64,000 bases of DNA, taken from NCBI RefSeq assembly GCF_000315625.1, contig NW_005434575.1, forward strand, positions 148,268 through 212,267, written 5' to 3'. Source of the stretch: Guillardia theta CCMP2712 (lineage: Eukaryota; Protista; Cryptophyta). Positions 1 to 14,634 of the stretch are shown here, piece by piece. The notes below the pieces were generated by a model, which saw only the letters and a program-made list of their open reading frames with translations, did not search any database and had not been told where the DNA came from. Positions within the stretch are counted from its first letter, which is position 1, and every line of letters begins with the position of its first letter. A program made the translations under genes and the position numbers.

Positions 1-193
1 TCAAGGGAGCATCTCTCCGCCATGGCCAAGCGTAACCTGGGGAGGACGAGACTGCCCCGGAAAGACTCTGGCTCCACCCTCCCTCCCCCTCCCTCCACCT
101 CTATGTGCCCCCGGCCCCCCATCCCCCCCTCCTCCGACGAGTAAACCCAGCCCCCCTCCCCCCCCCCCCTTCCCCCTTCTCTCTCCCTCTCCA

Positions 194-3073
<2,880 letters not shown>

Positions 3074-3681
3074 TAGATGAAACCCCCTTAGATGTCGAGG
3101 CTTGTGAAACCGTCTACCGTAGTACTGTCGAGTCCACTTACCTGAACCGTCAGTCATCTTTCTAGTATCATGACCCGTCACTCAGCGGTGATCCGGGCCG
3201 GGCCGCCGGTGGTATCAGGCTAGCAGTCAGGCTAGGCGGCTTCCGGGAACTTCCACGCCAATTTAAAAAACTCGGACACCAGTATATATACTTTCTTTAA
3301 ACTCTGAAAGTTTTCTGTGATTTTTATTGTTTAGCACCATAAACCACATAAATGGACCACCCCCCCCCCCCGGGGCAAAGGGGGGTTCGCCGGTTAACCT
3401 TTAATCGACAAAAGGACTCCCGAAGGAGTCCTGGACCAGCATGACAGGGGTCATTGATAGGTTTCAATCACCCATCCAATGGGGCTGTATGAGGGTCTTA
3501 AAAAAGAAAAAAAAATCTTCCCGCCTTCCCCGGAGTCCGACGGAAAGTTTGTGGCTGCTCGTTTCATCTTCCCGCCATTACAGAGTTTGCGGTCCGACAA
3601 TACACTGAAACGATGGTAATGAAAAAAATGTAGCGACTACCTGCTATCTAACATGGTTTCGCCAGACTAACATACTATAAC

Positions 3682-5874
3682 ATGCCGAGGAAGAGAAAAC
3701 GAATTACAGATGATTCAGACAACGGTCAAGAAATAAGTTATTCAAAACCATTCACGAGAGTCGTCAAATGTGGGTTATACTCGAGACTCAAGGTAGAGAA
3801 CAGATCGATTTTAGACGTGATCGACAGATGGGTATTACATATCAGTCAGATCACATCAAGAGGCAGTATGATATTCAACTGTTTTCTGATATGGGGCAGG
3901 GATACAGGGAATTTACGATATGTAGTGGATGAAATCAAGAGAGCCAAATCGACCTTTTTCTGGAATGTTTTTACACTTGGAATGGAACAACATAGCCGTA
4001 CAGATAACAAGTATCCAACTCTACAACGTTTCTGGTCAGAGAAAAGACATCTTTTCGTTGATTTATGTAGAATTCGAGGAGACTCGCAAGCTATTGTATT
4101 CGCTGCAAATCAATATGGAACGAATTTCTACCAAGACCTGAAAGCAAATTTTACAAACCGATTGGAAAAGTTCATTGCCGAATTCTGCAAAGGAGAGTTA
4201 CATATTAACCATCAGCAAAGGCCTGTTTATGTGGAGTCGACCTCTCCCGGAGNNNNNNNNNNNNNNNNNNNNNNNNNNNNNNNNNNNNNNNNNNNNNNNN
4301 NNNNNNNNNNNNNNNNNNNNNNNNNNNNNNNNNNNNNNNNNNNNNNNNNNNNTTCGTACGCCCCGATGTGCTGCTCGTACGATCTCTTCCTTACGAGTTG
4401 AGACAGAAGTGTGTTAACAGGAATAATTCACAGCAGATAGGAACCTTCATCGACCATATGAAACAACTAATTGGATTATCGGGGGACGAAGATCTTTTTA
4501 GTTTCAAATATGACAAATTTGATCATAGGTTGCAGAAAAATCTGTTTGAGATAATCGAGACACACATGTTCATGTTGAAGTTCTTCGAAGATCGTGGTCT
4601 CTCGAAAAAAACATTCAAGGCAGCACCAATGTCGAAATTCGGCAGAAAACATCTAACAATCGATAATGATGTGATGTATTACATTTTGAAAGAAGCGAAC
4701 AGTTTGAAACCGGGAGAAGATAAAAAATCGTTCATGAGAATAGATCAAACTTTGGAGAACTCTAAGAATTTCAGAAGGATTTTCGACTGTTCGAATCTGT
4801 TCAGAGATCAGAGAGAGGAGATTACAAGTATCACGACAGACGGTGTATCGGTTTGTTTTCGCTTCACGTTAATTGTCAAAACAATCGATGGACTCGAACA
4901 GGAACCTTCATTGCGCACTACCAAATGGCTTGCCGATAGAAAAAGGGCTGAACGGAAATCGGCGAAGAAGATATCAATATCATACAAAGTATTACATGAA
5001 AATTCAGAATACCAAAGAGAGATCGAAGAATGTAAAAATTGCCCAAGGGTAATTGCGATCGACCCTGGGAGGAGCGTCATTATATCGGCCGTCGAACAAT
5101 TCAGAGATGATCAACAAATAATCAGAAAAAGATTTCAGTTTTCGAGAAAACAATATTATCACGAGTCACATCTGAATCGCAATAAAAAGAAAAGAAAGAC
5201 GTGGGATCAAGATATTCAATCGACATTGCACTATCTCAAGGGGTTCTCGAGTAAGTCTGGCGGCAGTCTATCAAGATTCGAAGACTATCTTCTTGCAGTT
5301 ACAAGTCATTGGGAGGAGTTAACTTCGCATTATTCAAAGCGAAAATACGCCAGGATGAAATTCGACATCTACATTTCGAAACGAAAGTCAGTCGACAGGT
5401 TTATCCGTACAATGAAAGGAAAGGGAGAAATAGAACCTGTTATCGCATATGGAAATGCAAGGTTCCCGTCTACAGGACGTCGAGGAGAAAGGCCTGTACC
5501 GGTCAGGTGGATAAGAAGAAGATTCGAGAATCACTACAGAGTCGTAGATGTTGACGAATACCGTACTACCAAGTGCTGTAACGATTGTGGTTCTGAGCTC
5601 GATGTGCTTCGACGGATTGAAAATACAGGGAAAGAACCAGACGAGACCTGTAGGTTGAAAACAAGGAAAAGTGAAGTACGAGGATTGAAATTTTGCAGAT
5701 CATCGAGGTAATGTCAAGTTTTGTATACTCCTGTAATTCACCTTTTCATCTAACTGTTATCGTGACAGCTGTAAAGGAAAGCCGATCAAATCCAGGGACT
5801 TGAATGCTGCACTGAATATACTCACTTGTTTCAATGTGTTTCCTGAAAGACCGAATCACCTACGTCGCCCCTGA
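3682..5874 (+). CDS. Fanzor1: Fanzor1 / TnpB-family RNA-guided RuvC endonuclease, about 700 aa (interrupted by N gap 4253-4352; intron 5708-5768)
   Basis: N-terminal NLS-like PRKRKR and TRVVKCGL. RuvC-I VIAIDPG (D codon 5061), VIAYGNARF, RuvC-II VDEYRTTKCC (E codon 5556), Zn finger CCNDC...CRSSSC. After splicing, RuvC-III SRDLNAALNI (D codon 5797), then RPNHLRRP and a stop at 5872-5874. Confidence 0.9.
4253..4352. other. Assembly gap (100 N) inside the Fanzor ORF
   Basis: Run of N; accounts for the apparent frame change between ORFs 3682 and 4368. Confidence 1.
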
Positions 5875-6088
5875 GGTGAATTCAATGATTGTTGTCGCCC
5901 CCTCCCTACCCAGACTGCGTCCCTCGGGACTCGATGCCTAATTCCCTGCCTGCCTGCCTGCCCGGTGCCTGCCTCCATTATGATCCGATGTTTACGACAT
6001 GTGATCATTGAAGTGACTGACTGGCATCATTTGGTAGGATTCATGTAAGGCTCCAACAACATCCGAAGACAATTTGGCAAAAAAAAAC

Positions 6089-6266
6089 AACTGCCGTTGT
6101 ATGACGGAGAGTCGCGGCTCTCAATCATACGACGGCAGTTCTGTGCGAAAACTTAGTTCGTCGTTCAGAAGGGTATTCACATATTCCGTCACATCATGAG
6201 GGAGAGTACCCGTGGTAGATAGATTCGTGGCGTTTATCTATTAAAGTTAGGCCCGGAATTAAAAAT
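6089..6266 (+). ncRNA. Candidate Fanzor omegaRNA (scaffold plus 3' flank-encoded guide); boundaries approximate
   Basis: Consecutive stems: 6089-6140 (16-bp arm with one G-U plus inner GAGAG/CTCTC), 6139-6170, 6171-6178/6204-6211 enclosing 6185-6203, and 6216-6240. They end at the right inverted repeat, the position expected for TnpB/Fanzor guide RNAs. Confidence 0.6.
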
Positions 6267-7209
6267 TCAGTGAGTCCAAAGGCTTGGGGTGGTAACAGGG
6301 AAGGGAAGGGGTAGGGTAGGATACCAATTTTTGAGTACAGAACCTGTGTTGATGAAGGCATCTGGATACGGTAGGGGTAGTCAAGGGGGAAAAGGGGGGT
6401 ACAAGATAGCAGAGTCAGTAATGGTACCTCAAACTCTGAGATATGGAAAGTAACGGGTAGGGAAACAAAAGAGGGGGTACAGTAGTCATTCGTCCAAGAA
6501 AAGAGAGCACCGGTAGTATGATATTATGCTAAGACGGGGGGTGACTCAAGTTCAAAGGGGGTACTGGGTGATACAAGAGCTGATTGCAGCAGGGTCGTCG
6601 GATCACAAAAGCTAATCCCGGCATCCGGTCGCCAGGGAATGGGGGAATGAAGAGAAGGAGGGCAGGGAGGGAGGTAGGAGGGAGATGAGGAGAGAGGGAG
6701 AGTAAGGAGGAGAGAAGAGTAGAATAGAGTAGAGGAGGTGAGAGGTGAGAGGGCAGAAGCCGATACGGTGAAGGGAGAGTGTGGAGGAGATGAGTGAAGG
6801 TCTACGATTCAAGTTAGATGTGATGGACAGTGAGCGAAGGATGGTTCAAAAAAGGGAGAAGAAATGTAGCAACAGTAGGGAGAACAAGACAGAGTTGTGG
6901 GTAGTCTGGTTCAGCAAGTTTGTTGTTTGTGGATGGCAGTATCAGCCTACCGATTAAGGAAGTGAGATACATGAGGTACATGATAGGACTTTACACAATT
7001 CCTGATGTAAGAAGATATCATATCATGATGCCATATCTTGTAAAGGTTGTGTCAACCGATAATGCATTGTATGCTGTGAGAGCCTAGTCTAATCAGAAAT
7101 GGTAGCAAGTTGTATCGAACTCTTTTGCTGTACTATTTCGTTCATACTGATAACAATTGTTTGGCAGGTTATCGAGTTGTCTGGCTTCCATGGGAGCGTG
7201 ATCTAAGCA

Positions 7210-8844
7210 TGACTGTCCTTCTTTCACATCAAGTGCTCGTCAGGCGCAAGGCTGATGGGTCAAGTCGACGGGTTGTCGCTATCGGGACAGCTTTGCTCCT
7301 TTTGACTCTCATCTTCATCGCACGCAGGGATCACCAGGATAGGGCCGACTCTCTGCTCCTGCAACAGCTGCATGCATTGACCCCGTCGTCCTTGCTAGCT
7401 TTGAATGATGGGATGACTGCGTCCCTGGCTGAAAACTCTAACTTGTGTTCCAAGAAGGCTGAGATTTTCGAGAAGTTAGATCAGCTCCTGAAGCGCTTGC
7501 AAGGCGAGGTAAAATTGTAATGATCCTCGCGCCACGACCGTTTGACGGATGATTCAAAGAATTCGTTGGTGAATTCCACAGTTGATGATGCGAAAGATAC
7601 CTACGAGGAGTCCCTTGAGGGCTGGCTCGCCTCGGAATCGAGCTTTCGAATGGCAGCGAGCAAGGTTGAAATAGCCAAGGAGGCAGCCAAGTTCCTTATC
7701 AGAAGAGTTGTGGTGAGTTGTGCTCTTCTCGTCCTTTTGGCACCGAGTGCGCAAGTTCCTCTTAAGAGCACGCGTAGGTTGATAAAGAGGTTCTGACGAA
7801 GACTGAGGAGGAACACGCAAAAGTTCTTGAGGAGTATCCACAGAAGATCGCTATGACAGAAGACGTACTTGCTCGTTTCTCATGGTGCTTGCAGCACCTC
7901 ACAGTTACAACAGGAAAAAGCCTTGATCATGCACTTGATTGAGCTCATCGAATCAATGTCGAACAAAGGCAAATCGAGCCAGAAGGCATGGAAACGAGGC
8001 GCAAGCGAGCTCTCGTCGAAGATGAGAGCGCTGCAGTCACGGCTGCGCAAGGTATGAATGTTTGCAAGCTATCTTCCTTTCACTTCAACGGTGTAGGATA
8101 CGTTTCTTGGTCAATCAGCCAAGATGAGGCAGCAGCTGACCAAGATCGGCTTGTGAGGCAGCTACAACAATAGTAGGCAAAGCTCAAGTTCTGTGCAGGG
8201 CCATTCAGAAGGAAGACATGCTGCAGTCGGGTGGCTCCAAGGACTCTGATATCGAATCCACTCAAGATGAAATCAAAAACCTCCTCCTCGATCTTCTCAA
8301 GGTTTTCGCCGCCCCCGTTGATACATTGGAGCTGATCTCGATATCCCCAGGACCCGGAGTTCCGTGCCATGATGCTCAAAGCGGGGTTGGCAAACGCGAT
8401 GAACGAGTTGCTTGCTGCTCAAGGCGTTCTGATAACGGATGAAACCAGTTCGAACTTTGCATATGATGATCCTTTCCATGTTTGCTCACTTGTGCTGCAG
8501 AATTGACGGATACAACGCATACTCTTGATGCATCCCATCATGAAGAGCTGGTGGCTGGGCTAGCAAGGAGTAAGGAGGACGGCAAGAAGGTCATACGTTC
8601 TCGTCTGGTTGGACTCTAAGATATCCTGCAGACGGTCGCCGCTGACACTTACAATGCTGTGAATGCTGGATCAAAGGTGTTTGCTCAAGTGCAGGAGCGT
8701 GTAGTTGTGACCGCTTTGCAGACTCTGCTTAGCTCGATGGACAAGCAGATTATCATCATCAACGTCATCAAATCGAAAATCAACAATCATTGCGACAACT
8801 TGTTGAATCCTGAATCTCAGCCCGACAGCGCCTCATCGAAGTGA
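7210..8844 (+). CDS. Hypothetical type II membrane coiled-coil protein, multi-exon
   Basis: TM segment VVAIGTALLLLTLIFIA, then helical exons separated by short GT-AG introns. Confidence 0.55.
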
Positions 8845-9218
8845 ACTGAAAGGTCCAAGGACTCGGAAGGCTCTTCGTCATTAGACCACTGGGGTTGACG
8901 AGCCCGTTTGCCGAGTCTGGCGCTACTGGCCGGAAAGGCTGAAACTGGAAAGTTTTTCTTCTCATTCTTCTCTTTGTACAATCAGATCATTCGTGGTTTT
9001 CAAACTTTCATGATTCTTTTTTAAAATCTAATGAATTTACAAAAACAAAATTTGAACTTTACACGCGTGCTGGATTCTCCCGCCAAATTCAGTCCAAATC
9101 CATCGCGGCCCAAAAGAATTTGATTTTAAATTCCAAATATTCGAGCTCACTTATACAAATATAGTAGACAATTTTGGTATTTTCCTGAGACAATTTTGTA
9201 CCATCGCGGAAAGTCGCC

Positions 9219-10111
9219 ATGTCCACTGTTGGCGCTCAGCATCTTCTGATCAAGCACCAGGGTGAGATCGAGTCTGCATCCCCACCTCTCCCTCTTCCTC
9301 CCCCTTCTCCTTCTCCTTGTTCAAACATCTTTCTTGATCGTCCTCCTCCTTGATCGTCCTCCTCCTTGTTCGTTCTCCTGCTCCTCCTGCTCCTCCTGCC
9401 CTCCTGCCCTCCTCCTCGTCCCTTCCCGGCCATCACGGGAACTCCTCGTACTCCTCCTCTTCTCCTCCATCATCGTCGTCGTGATCCTTGTTGCTGTACC
9501 TCCTCTTCGTTCCTGTCCCTCTCTACACTCCTTCTCTCCTCTCCTGTACAAATCCTTCTCCTCAAACCGCCCTCTCTTGCTCCCCTTTTGTTTCCCCTTC
9601 CCTCGCTTCTCACTTCTGATGCTACATCTTCCTCTGTCAAAATGCCACCCCTTTATCTCTCCACTCCTCGTCCTCCTCATACCCGATTCTTCTCATTTCC
9701 TTGTCTCAGTCCTGATGCGATCTTTACTTGTTAATTTGGAGTTGATCTCTCATCCAATATGTGCAAACCAGCTGTGATTGACTTCATCGAACAGGTTCCA
9801 GGCGCCCTGCAAGTTGGAAGGATGAGTCGGGAGCAGAGATCAAGAAGAGAACGAAGGAGCAAGCTCGTGAGATCCTTCTCCAGCACAAACAAGCTATCAT
9901 GAACTCTCCCAACCCCGCACAGAAGTTTGGTGAGCTGGCATCCATTCACAGCGATTGTTCCTCCGCCAAGAACAATGGCAGCCTCGGGGTGTTCGGACGG
10001 GGAGAGATGCAGAAGGCCTTTGAAGACGCTGCCTTTGCCCTCAAAGTCGGGGAGATCTCTGATGTCGTCGATTCTGATTCCGGCCTCCACATTATCTACC
10101 GCTTCTCGTGA
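9219..10111 (+). CDS. PIN1: Pin1-type parvulin peptidyl-prolyl isomerase without a WW domain (exons 9219-9261, 9795-10111)
   Basis: HLLIKHQG|SRRPASW...FGELASIHSDCSSAKNNGSLGVFGRGEMQKAFEDAAFALKVGEISDVVDSDSGLHIIYR; in-phase intron 9262-9794. Confidence 0.92.
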
Positions 10112-10299
10112 GTTCGTTCAGGGCAAGTTGTCGCTGTGCTCCTCAGGGTCGAGCAACCCTTACAACGAGCTGTTGCAATGTTTAGAAGTTTAATTTCATA
10201 CTTTGTAACTTCAAAAGAATGCCGTGCGTGTGTTTCTGGTAGTATCTGCGATGATTCAGTTGGGACAAACAAGGAGTATGTCTGCTCACATGGCAAGGA

Positions 10300-11222
10300 A
10301 CAAGGGGAGCGAGACTGATGCTACAGCTATCCACAAGCTCCTGCTCCATCGCCTCTTCGATCGCATTCTCAGCCATTCTTCGCATCATCGCACGCCTCGT
10401 ACCTTAGCTGAGCCTCCGCTGAGGAAGTTTGTAGATCTTCTTGTAGCAGATGAAAGGGCATTACGAAGCTCTTGGATCTGATCACAACAATCGTCATGTT
10501 CACAAGCTCACCCGGAGAAGCGAATTCTGACCTGCATCTTGAGGCGCGCATTCTCAGACGCCATCTCCTCATATCGCGCTGCAGAGATCTTTCCTCCTTT
10601 CTTCGTCTTGCTGCCAGTGCCGCTGGCTGCACCCGAGCCCCCTACCTGTCCTTCCATGTCCTCCATAATCACTTTCATCTTGGACGACATCTCTCTCTCC
10701 AGCACTGTCCGCTGCTCCAGCATCAGCCTGTGAAGCTCTTCGATCTCCTCGTCCTTCTCATGCACCATCTCGCGTGCTTGCAGCACGTACCGTCGCAGAG
10801 TGTCCAGATCGTCGATATTCCGCGGTGATTGGATCGCGGCAAGGGAACCCCCCGCCTGATGGCTCTTCCTGCTCTTGTCGAGCTCCTCTTCCAGCTGAGC
10901 TATCCTAGCCTCGTACGATTTGAGCTGTTCCTTGAGCTCTTGGCCAGAGGTGGGTTTCTCGCATGTCCGATCCGTTGATGGGGAACTAGACACCTCATGG
11001 TGTCGGTCGCTCTGTCCTTCATTGCAGCTCTTAACGGCTGCCGCGTACACCTCGCTCTCATGGTCATCGAGAGAGGTCGACGCAAACTCATGCACGCAAT
11101 CAATGACATCATCAAGTCTTCGGGCGATGTCCTCATCTTTCTCCTCACCATGGATCACACCGTACTGTTCTTTCAGCGCGCAAAGGGTCTCGTAGATCTT
11201 GACAAGCTTTGACCCTGCCATT
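10300..11222 (-). CDS. Hypothetical coiled-coil protein; ends approximate
   Basis: ORF 10508-11440 coiled-coil stretch from MAGSKLVKIYE, with a probable downstream exon. Confidence 0.5.
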
Positions 11223-11698
11223 CCCCTGCCCTCTCGAGATTCTTGCATGCTAGTTGAAGCCTGCTCTTCCCCTGTCTCCTGGTACCTTGCGACGCCTTGC
11301 CTCTTGTTTCCTGCCTCCCTCCCTCCTCCCTTACCTGCTCCCTTCCAAATTTGTGGTTGCAGTGACAGGGTAGGGGTGGATATTTTGACCACTTGAAGGG
11401 GTTGTTTTGTATGTAATAAAGGGGGTAATGGTCCGCACACAAGTGGAGCCTAATGAGGGTAGGTTTCAGTGGGAATGAATGGGGATGAGGGTGTCGATAC
11501 CGCGGAGGCTGCAGCGCTATGGAGGCCGGGGAAGAGAAGGAGCGACGAGAGCGAAGATGTGAGACGAGATGGCGCGCGATGGAAGCATAGAACAGCATCG
11601 CACTTGTCTTGATGTTGTCTGTTGATGTTGAAGCAGGAGGGCCCTCTGTGCTGTTTCCCTTGACAGAACCTGACCTTTCTCTGACACCTTGTGCAGAT

Positions 11699-12359
11699 AT
11701 GAATCGCGTTTTGTCAAGACCCGTTCTGCTATCGTTCTTGCTCCTGCTTCACTTTCAACATGTCTCATCACTGAGATCGTTGTCTCGATTGTCTCTGAGT
11801 GCCAGAAACGAAGTTGTTCGTGGGAACATCAGAAAATTGTCAAGCACGTCTGAATTTGCGAGGAAGGATTATGTAGCAAGGCTCCGAGGAGGAAAAGACA
11901 TTCCGATCGACATGCAAATTGTGCATTGGTTGACGCACTCAAGGGGTAAAACTTTGAAGAGCTCACAGGAGAGTGCGGCACGCTGAGTGATGTGCTAGGT
12001 GGTCAGCTCATCGCTGTCGTCATGTTCGCCTGTGGCGTATACATGATTCCAGCATTGCCGAGGATCAAATCGGTCAGCCCCATCTACATCAGACAGGTGC
12101 TGCTTTCAATCATGAGGCATGCTCCATGACTTGTATGCTCCTTCCCTCAGTTTAAGATTGGGGTTGTTCTGTTGGTAGCCGGCACTCTGCTTTTCTTGGC
12201 AGGTCCGGTGATCAAGCACTATCTTGGTATGATAACTCGTTTCACCCACTTGCTGTTCTGCTCACATCTAAGGATGCAGGCGCGTGGTCGATGGGCTTCA
12301 TGCCGTTGTCGCACTCGATCATGATGGCTGGGGGGGTTTTCATCTGGGCGGTACAGTGA
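11699..12359 (+). CDS. Small multi-pass membrane protein with signal peptide and RLRGG motif, multi-exon
   Basis: Hydrophobic leader PVLLSFLLLLHF, RLRGG at 11879-11893, three hydrophobic downstream exons. Confidence 0.5.
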
Positions 12360-12677
12360 TGTAAACTGAAATTCTCTCGTGTTTTTTGTTTTGTTTTTTT
12401 TTGTTTTTTTTGTTTTTCTGTTTGTTTGTTTGTTTGCTTGTTTGTTTGTTTGTTAGGAACGCATTCTAGCTGGCACTCACGGAGATCTATTTCATGTGTG
12501 CCCTTGCACAATGCAAGAATGTAGAGAGACTGGTCCCCCACGCATTGGATCAATCGATGCGATGGCAAACATACATGTCTCCACATGAATCGATGCGCAA
12601 GTCGAGCAATCTTTGTCTTTGTGGTGCAGTGGGATTCGTGCAAGCTGTTGGAGTGACTCTGATCTTGAATACGTGTA

Positions 12678-14634
12678 ATGTTTGAACAGGCAGTTGGAGA
12701 GGCGATTGCAGATGCAAGGGATGAGCAACTGGATGATGAAACCAGGTCAGCAGAATGCCGTGATGACATCGAAATGTATGACTATGGATGGCAGAGACCC
12801 GAATACAGACACCTTTTCATCCAACTACAAGCTGATTGGATGAGATTATTGTTACTTTAGAATACTTGATTGTTTCTCTGTGAATAGCATGAACCTTCGA
12901 ACATGTTGATTTTTTTGCACAATCCCATCAACGTGCAACTTTGCCCTTTACAGGCAAATCAACGTCGAGCATGCAGTGATCTCTCTCTCGCGACTCTCTT
13001 GACAAAGGACGAATTTCCAGTCTTCAGGTCTAGTAGCACTTGTACACAACCAGCACGTGATCTTCTGACTTCTAGAGCATTTCACACAGAAATTCGTAAT
13101 GCTGAGCTAAATCTTAAGAGTCTTCTGACGTTAACCGTTCAGATCACTCAGTCCCATCTCAGTGATGAGGAAATGTGTATATGCTTGCGATGCATTCTTG
13201 TTCGATTTTCGAATTGTCAATCGCCTGACATCGCTGCTGAACTGCAAACCTCAGGTGTCACAAGCAATCACACTCAAGTAGAACCCATTACCGCGGTGAT
13301 CATCAGAGACACACAGGGAAGTCGAGACCAGGTTTCACCCATTGCTGCTTGTACATGTTCTGAATTACCACCTCTCGCTATCGTGCTGCAAATCATACAA
13401 TAAGGCCATGTCAATGGAAACTTAATAATTTCTTACGTGTGGTTCGTTACAAGGACCGCGATGCTGTACTTGGTCATCATGCGCTAGATCATGGGTCACT
13501 TCTGATCCGCACAGACGAGATTGTTCACCTGAATTTTCTGAACAATGTCCAGAAGCATGCAGTGACCAACCATTGAAGCACCTCCCAAAATTGGTGCAAA
13601 CAAGGAGCCAATTGAATCCACAACGACCTGAAATATCAGAGATCAGAGGCTTTCCCAGAGATCATCCGATTGATACCATTTTGAGGTTAACCAAAAAGGA
13701 GTCTATGTGCAATCCATCTGAGGTATTCCTTGATAGGCCAAACGCAGACTGCAGCTTGATTTCGAGGTCGGATAACTACTCATGAATTTCAATTGTTGTG
13801 TTGCTCAAGAGTCAAAACGTTTGCCTCGTCCATCAATTCTTGTACATTAGATACCGAGGACCTCCGTATTCTCTGGAGAGCCATCAACGATTCTTCCTTC
13901 GTACAGCCTTGCTCTTGCATGATTTCCTTCAAATGGGGACGCCACGTGAGTGGAGTATAGGACTGCAATGCTCAAAATACCTGCAATCTGATGGGCGAGA
14001 AAGAATTTCCGCTGTCCAAATACAGTACATTTGCTTGAAGATCACTGCAGAATATCTCAAATGAATGGGTAGATCGCCACAAACACGTGGAACATTACCA
14101 AGCAACTTTCGATGTCACCGATAAGCAAAATTGGGTTTTGCCGACCGCTGAAGGGCCCGCGATCTCAGTCAATTCACTGGTGAAGATTCCACCTGGAGGA
14201 TTCCTTCATTGCCTCATCACAGCATCATGCAAGAGACCGTGTAGAAGTTCATTGATCGAGGAACACCCAGTCTGGATAATAGAGTTTTTCTCTCTCCAAT
14301 CCTCGAAGATAGCACTGAAACATTGTTACAGGTGTGAATTCCATCTATGAGTGTCCAAATGACCTTGCCCTTTGCGGGACAGGACAGTATCTCCGCAAGA
14401 TCCTCTTCACAATCCCTTTGATTTCAGTTTCAGATAACTGTGCATTCTCCGCGACACTGTGGTAGCATGTCAAATCAGTTATCGTTAGCAAATGTGAAGG
14501 TAAGGGATGTTACAAGGCGAAACCACTGCGGGTTAAGAACAGGAGGTCTTCAGCAGAATGTATTCCAGCTGCAATCAAAGAGGCTCCATCCTGCAGGCAA
14601 CATGAACAACAGCACATTTCCCGGAACGCTCTAG
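12678..14634 (+). CDS. Hypothetical multi-exon protein
   Basis: Chain of short + strand ORFs with GT-AG spacers; no family recognised. Confidence 0.3.

Larger units (their letters stand above)
3399..6246 (+). mobile_element. Fanzor1-carrying non-autonomous element with imperfect terminal inverted repeats
   Basis: AT-rich block unlike its flanks. Left end CTTTAATCGACAAAAG (3399-3414) and right end CGTTTATCTATTAAAG (6231-6246) match 13/16 as an inverted repeat. Preceded by TTAAC (3394-3398), followed by TTAG. No transposase visible. Confidence 0.65.

Noticed and set aside
4253-4368. Frameshift or pseudogenisation of the Fanzor gene
   Set aside because: The frame change coincides with a fixed-length 100-N gap, and both sides are open up to the gap
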